From the IMG/VR virus record IMGVR_UViG_3300037424_001021, positions 12,161 to 76,160 of that record: DNA of 64,000 nt; one strand, 5' to 3'. The notes under the pieces are model-generated. The model was not told the DNA's origin and did no database searches. It worked only from the letters and a program-made list of their open reading frames with translations. How positions within the stretch are numbered: the first letter of the stretch is position 1; every line of letters begins with the position of its first letter. Both the position numbers and the translations under genes were made by a program. This document shows, in pieces, positions 59,675 to 64,000 of this stretch. The stretch is from a virus. Its lineage: Duplodnaviria > Caudoviricetes.

Positions 59675-60273
59675 AAACAATTAGCTTATGCACGTTTGGT
59701 AAAAACGAAGAAAACTGTCTTGGTTACATGATAGAATCTGTAAAGGACTATATTGATGAAATCGTATATATTGATACAGGCAGTACAGATGCCTCGATCG
59801 ATATAGCCAAGAGTTATAATGCGCGTATTTATGAAATAGGTTTTTCTGATTTTGGAAAAATTAGAACCATTACATCGCATTTATCAAGATGCGATTATAC
59901 GTTAATGTTAGATTGTGATGAAACTTTAGAAAATGGAAACTTATTAGAGTTTTTAACTTCTATAGAAAAAAATGATGCTTATGCTTTTCCAAGAAAAAGA
60001 TGGGCAAATTTAGAAAAAACGAAACAATTGGAAATTGAAGCATTTCCAGATCTTCAAGTTCGATTATTTAAAAATAATATTAATTATTCTTGGAAAAGAG
60101 AATTACACGAATTTTTTGACGGAGCAACTGTAACGCACGTTTTAGACGGACCAATTATTCATCATTTTCATGATGTTTTTAAATCTCCCGAAAGATTAAA
60201 AGAAAGACAGAAATTATATACCCGCCTTTCTGAAAAAGCAGGCGTTTCCGTAGAGGGCGGGAAAGTCTTATGA
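59671..60273 (+). CDS. Glycosyltransferase family 2
   Basis: ISLCTFGKNEE, IVYIDTGSTD, TLMLDCDE (DxD), PDLQVRLF. Confidence 0.85.
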   Translation: MKTISLCTFGKNEENCLGYMIESVKDYIDEIVYIDTGSTDASIDIAKSYNARIYEIGFSDFGKIRTITSHLSRCDYTLMLDCDETLENGNLLEFLTSIEKNDAYAFPRKRWANLEKTKQLEIEAFPDLQVRLFKNNINYSWKRELHEFFDGATVTHVLDGPIIHHFHDVFKSPERLKERQKLYTRLSEKAGVSVEGGKVL

Positions 60274-60989
60274 AACTGTCAGCAATTACACTTATTAGTT
60301 CTGGAGAAAAACTAAAGTATCCATACAAAGAATGTATAGCTAATTTGTGTGAACAAGTAGATGAAGTAATCTTAAATGTAGATTTAAATAGCGATGACGA
60401 AACTATCGAGGAAGTTGAAAAACTATATCATCAATATAATAATCTTTTCTTAATTTTTACTACTTGGAATTTTAAAAATACTGGTAATGGTTCTGAACTA
60501 GCCAAACAAGCAAACATTTGTCTTGAACAAGTTACTGGAGATTGGATTATCTATTTACAAGCTGATGAATTCTTACATGAAAAAGATATTGAACCAATTA
60601 GAGATTTATTATCTGGACTAGAAAGAGCTTATTCTCAAATTGAATTATGGCGTACTTATTTCTGGAAAGATTTACAAACCCGCGATTTTTCAAAAGAATT
60701 ATATTTAGGACGCATTTTCAAAAAAGGAACTCATCAAGTCGGCGGGGATGGAATGTTCCTAATACGCAAAGAAGGAGAAGTATGGAGAACTAATTATCCA
60801 ATATTTCATTATTCAAGAATGGGAACAGAAGAAGAAATTACTCAAAGAGTAAGACAATTAGATAAAATGTTTCATGAAAAAGAAATTGTTGACTCTTTTA
60901 AAAATTTTTCCTATAATGAAATCGTTAAAGAAATAAAATACAAAGGACCACATCCAAAAAGGATTAAGGAGTATTATAATGGAATTTAG
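60270..60989 (+). CDS. GT-A fold glycosyltransferase (GT2-like)
   Basis: YPYKECIANL..VDEVIL, GDWIIYLQADEFLHE (DxD-like), IFHYS. Confidence 0.78.
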   Translation: MKLSAITLISSGEKLKYPYKECIANLCEQVDEVILNVDLNSDDETIEEVEKLYHQYNNLFLIFTTWNFKNTGNGSELAKQANICLEQVTGDWIIYLQADEFLHEKDIEPIRDLLSGLERAYSQIELWRTYFWKDLQTRDFSKELYLGRIFKKGTHQVGGDGMFLIRKEGEVWRTNYPIFHYSRMGTEEEITQRVRQLDKMFHEKEIVDSFKNFSYNEIVKEIKYKGPHPKRIKEYYNGI

Positions 60990-61569
60990 ATGGAATGAAT
61001 TACAAAGAAAAGAAGATGGAAAATTACTTCTCCTCTGGCGTCATCAAAGGGTATTAGAAGAAGATTTTTTTTCACAAGTTAAGTCAGTTTTAGATGTTGG
61101 GGGCGAAGGATTTCTGGCATTAGCTTGCGTAGAAGAAGGTAAACAGGTAGAAGTTCTCAATTTACTAGAAGCAAAAGATTATGGAATGCAAGATAGAACA
61201 GAATTTTCATGGAGAGTTGATAATATTTTAGATCCAAAAGAACAATTAAGTTGCTATGATTTAATTACTTGCTGTGAAATGTTAGAACATGCCAAAGATG
61301 CAGAATTAGCACTAAAACAAATGGCTTCTTTATTAACCGAAAATGGTTGGTTAGTAGGTACAGTGCCAATTCCAGGTGCAGTTCACGCTGTTGATGATCC
61401 AGAAGTTGTCTTTCTTGAACCTAAAAAAATGAAAGCTTTATTGAAAAAAGCCGGATTACAAAAAATCGAGATAGAAGAAACTCCATCAGTTAATAAAACT
61501 GATACGAAAATGTGTAGTTATTATTTCAAAGCTCAAAAAGGTACTTCTAAAAAGAAAGTAAAAGAATAA
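60979..61569 (+). CDS. Class I SAM-dependent methyltransferase
   Basis: SVLDVGG, YDLITCCEMLEH, LLTENGWLVGTVP. Confidence 0.75.
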   Translation: MEFRWNELQRKEDGKLLLLWRHQRVLEEDFFSQVKSVLDVGGEGFLALACVEEGKQVEVLNLLEAKDYGMQDRTEFSWRVDNILDPKEQLSCYDLITCCEMLEHAKDAELALKQMASLLTENGWLVGTVPIPGAVHAVDDPEVVFLEPKKMKALLKKAGLQKIEIEETPSVNKTDTKMCSYYFKAQKGTSKKKVKE

Positions 61570-61571
61570 GA

Positions 61572-62513
61572 ATGAAGAATCTGCTAATAACAGGCATTTC
61601 AGGTTTTGTGGGTTCTGCATCAGCCGAATACTTTCTTAAAAAAGGTTATCACATAGTTGGACTTGTTAAAGATAGAAATCTCAAAACGCGACCAGAAATT
61701 TTAAATAAATGTTCCATTGTTAATGGAGATATTCGAGATAAAGACTGTATACAATATATTCTTTCCAAATATGAAATAGACGAAGTGCTGCATTTAGCAG
61801 CACAACCTATTGTTCGAATTTGCAATAATGATCCTTATACTGCGTATATGACTAACGTTGTTGGAACTTTAAACTTACTTGAAAGTATTAGAATTTTAAA
61901 GAAAAAACCCAATAAAATTATATGCATGACTTCGGACAAATCATATGGAGCAGCTCCTGTTCCATATAAAGAAGATACTCCTTTAGTTGCTGCTGATTCA
62001 TATTGCACTTCAAAGCTTTGTCAGGATTCCATTGCAAGATCATATGCCTTAACATATGATTTGCCAGTTTGCATTGTACGCGCAGGAAATCTCTACGGGA
62101 AAGGCGATTTGAACTTATCACGATTGATTCCTAATAATGTACTTAAACTTTTAAAAGGAGAAAATGCAACCTTATATTCTGGAGTAGCTAATTACAAAAG
62201 AGAGTTTATCTATATAGATAATATTGTTAACGCTTATGAAGTTTTATTAGAAAAAGGAGTACCTGGTGAAGCCTATAATGTAGGAGATAATAGACCTTAT
62301 AAGATTTTAGATGTTATAACAATGCTTAAAGATAAAATAAATCCCGCCCTTTCTGTTGAAATTTTGGAAAAAGATTTCGATGAAATCGAAGAACAATATC
62401 TAGATGCCAGTAAATTAAAGGCACTTGGTTGGACTAATTTTGTACCATTATCAGAAGGACTTGATAAAACCATTGAATGGTTAAAAAATTATAAAATTTT
62501 TGGAAATCAATAA
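61572..62513 (+). CDS. NAD-dependent nucleotide-sugar 4,6-dehydratase/epimerase (CDP-glucose 4,6-dehydratase RfbG-like)
   Basis: GISGFVG, HLAAQP, TSDKSYG, YCTSK (YxxxK), RAGNLYG. Confidence 0.88.
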   Translation: MKNLLITGISGFVGSASAEYFLKKGYHIVGLVKDRNLKTRPEILNKCSIVNGDIRDKDCIQYILSKYEIDEVLHLAAQPIVRICNNDPYTAYMTNVVGTLNLLESIRILKKKPNKIICMTSDKSYGAAPVPYKEDTPLVAADSYCTSKLCQDSIARSYALTYDLPVCIVRAGNLYGKGDLNLSRLIPNNVLKLLKGENATLYSGVANYKREFIYIDNIVNAYEVLLEKGVPGEAYNVGDNRPYKILDVITMLKDKINPALSVEILEKDFDEIEEQYLDASKLKALGWTNFVPLSEGLDKTIEWLKNYKIFGNQ

Positions 62514-63478
62514 TGAACTATCTTATAGTTGGAGGAACTGGAAGTCTTGGTAAAGTCCTTATAGGACATTTATTAAAAGACAATCACGATATCTCTGTTA
62601 TGTCGAGAGATGAAAGTAAACATGTTAATATAAAAAAGATGTATCCAACTGTTCATTCGTATATTGGAGACATTAGAGATAGAGATGCGTTAATTAATTG
62701 CATTCTAAGAGTACAACCAGATGTTATTATTAATGCAGCTGCTTTAAAAAATGTTCCTGAAGTTGAAGAAGTTCCAATGGAAGGAGTTAAAACAAATTTA
62801 CTTGGAACAGATAATCTAATTCATGCGGCGCGTCATTATTCTTTATTTATCGATAAGCCATTAAAAGTATTATCAATTTCAACAGATAAGGCGACAAGTC
62901 CCGTAAATGCCTATGGTATGGCAAAAGCACTTCAAGAAAGAGTCCATTTACGAGCTAATTCTTCTGAATTAATTTGTAATGCGGTACGTTATGGCAATGT
63001 TCTTGAATCTCGTGGTTCTCTTATTCCGATTATTAAAGAACGATTTAGAAATGATCAGCCAGTATATTTAACTCATCCAGAAATGACTCGTTTTTTTTTA
63101 ACACTTGATGAGTCTGTTGCTCTTATTAAACGAGCACTTCTTGATAATCAAGGAGGTCAATTATTTATTCCAATCATTCGTTCAGCGAAAATCGCGGATA
63201 TTCTTGAAATTTTTTGCGAAGTATTTAAAAAAGATAAATCATTTATTCAATCAACGTCTATTCGTCCAGGCGAAAAATTACATGAAAGTCTTATTTCAAT
63301 AGAGGAAACTAGACGAACTCGCAAAAGTGACGAGGTATTTATTATCGATGATATATTGAGTGTTATTAAATATAACGACATTACAAAAGAATACACTAGT
63401 AATGATCCAGATGTTCTAATGAACAAAGAAGAATTACGTAATTTTCTGGAAAAAAATGGAATTTTTAATGATATTTAA
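62513..63478 (+). CDS. UDP-GlcNAc 4,6-dehydratase, PseB/FlaA1/CapE-like
   Basis: GGTGSLG, AALKNVP, STDKA, PVNAYGMAK, RYGNVLESRGS, THPEMTRF, IRPGEKLHE. Confidence 0.9.
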   Translation: MNYLIVGGTGSLGKVLIGHLLKDNHDISVMSRDESKHVNIKKMYPTVHSYIGDIRDRDALINCILRVQPDVIINAAALKNVPEVEEVPMEGVKTNLLGTDNLIHAARHYSLFIDKPLKVLSISTDKATSPVNAYGMAKALQERVHLRANSSELICNAVRYGNVLESRGSLIPIIKERFRNDQPVYLTHPEMTRFFLTLDESVALIKRALLDNQGGQLFIPIIRSAKIADILEIFCEVFKKDKSFIQSTSIRPGEKLHESLISIEETRRTRKSDEVFIIDDILSVIKYNDITKEYTSNDPDVLMNKEELRNFLEKNGIFNDI

Positions 63479-63980
63479 TTTTAGACTTTTACAACAAAGA
63501 GATTTAGAATGGGCACGTTGCCTTCATAATGATCCAGAAGTTCTTGATAATTTAACTGATCCTACTATTGTTAGTATAGAACAACAAACCAAATGGTGGT
63601 ATAAACTTAATGAAAGTAAAACATCAGAACGATGGGTAGTTGAAAATGAAAAGCAAGAACGAATAGGACTAATTAGATTAGATAATATTGATCTTCATAA
63701 TTATTCCATTTGTGTTGGAATGGATATTGAAAAAAACTTTCGAGGAAAGGGATTAGCAAAATTTATTTATAAGCAATTAATCGATTTATTATTTACTAGA
63801 TACAATCGAATATGGCTATTAGTTGCAGAATATAATAAAAGAGCTTTTCATATTTATCAACAATTAGGTTTTGAAGAAGAAGGGCGGCATAGACAGGGAC
63901 TTTTTAAAAATGGACGATATTATGATTATATCTTAATGGGATTACTGAAATCAGAATATCATAGAATTGATTTATTATAA
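63456..63980 (+). CDS. GNAT N-acetyltransferase, RimJ/PseH-like
   Basis: FRGKGLAK, RIWLLVAEYNKRAFHIYQQLGFEEEG; alternative start ATG 63468. Another ORF begins at 63981 and runs off the window. Confidence 0.85.
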   Translation: MEFLMIFNFRLLQQRDLEWARCLHNDPEVLDNLTDPTIVSIEQQTKWWYKLNESKTSERWVVENEKQERIGLIRLDNIDLHNYSICVGMDIEKNFRGKGLAKFIYKQLIDLLFTRYNRIWLLVAEYNKRAFHIYQQLGFEEEGRHRQGLFKNGRYYDYILMGLLKSEYHRIDLL

Positions 63981-64000
63981 ATGTGTAACCTGATAACTTC

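Noticed and set aside
4574-63302. The many 60-120 aa ORFs nested in or antisense to long genes (e.g. 4574-4756, 13778-14056, 14816-15064, 38394-38678, 41667-41972)
   Set aside because: Shadow frames of well-supported genes; no RBS or recognisable motifs.
1-64000. Stop-codon reassignment, CRISPR arrays, tRNAs, group I/II introns, DGR
   Set aside because: Genes are intact under the standard code with TAA, TGA and TAG all used as stops; intergenic gaps are short; no repeat-spacer array, cloverleaf or reverse transcriptase seen.

Overview
This window is the virion-morphogenesis region of a large, AT-rich, contractile-tailed bacteriophage (myovirus-type, standard genetic code, Shine-Dalgarno signals and sigma70-like promoters). 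Almost everything is on the + strand. Gene order: a 5'-truncated unknown ORF, portal fused to a MuF-like domain, prohead protease/scaffold, putative decoration protein, major capsid protein, Ig-like and fibre proteins, neck genes, tail sheath, four tube-fold paralogues, two tail-assembly-chaperone paralogues, two giant proteins in the tape-measure slot, a baseplate hub with an M15 peptidase, spike and wedge genes, a paralogous set of baseplate/fibre proteins, and a 10-gene glycosylation/nucleotide-sugar cluster running off the 3' end. The main finding is ORF 27855-32204, which looks like a single-chain two-barrel RNA polymerase (beta-like then beta'-like barrel, GDYDGD motif) inside the tail module. 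It follows a 2542-aa membrane-segment-bearing protein interrupted by three LAGLIDADG inteins, suggesting a virion-delivered transcription/genome-entry system. A solo TnpB with a rearranged RuvC site is inserted antisense between two baseplate genes, next to a near-palindromic bidirectional promoter. All protein assignments come from motif recognition by eye and gene order; no searches were run.
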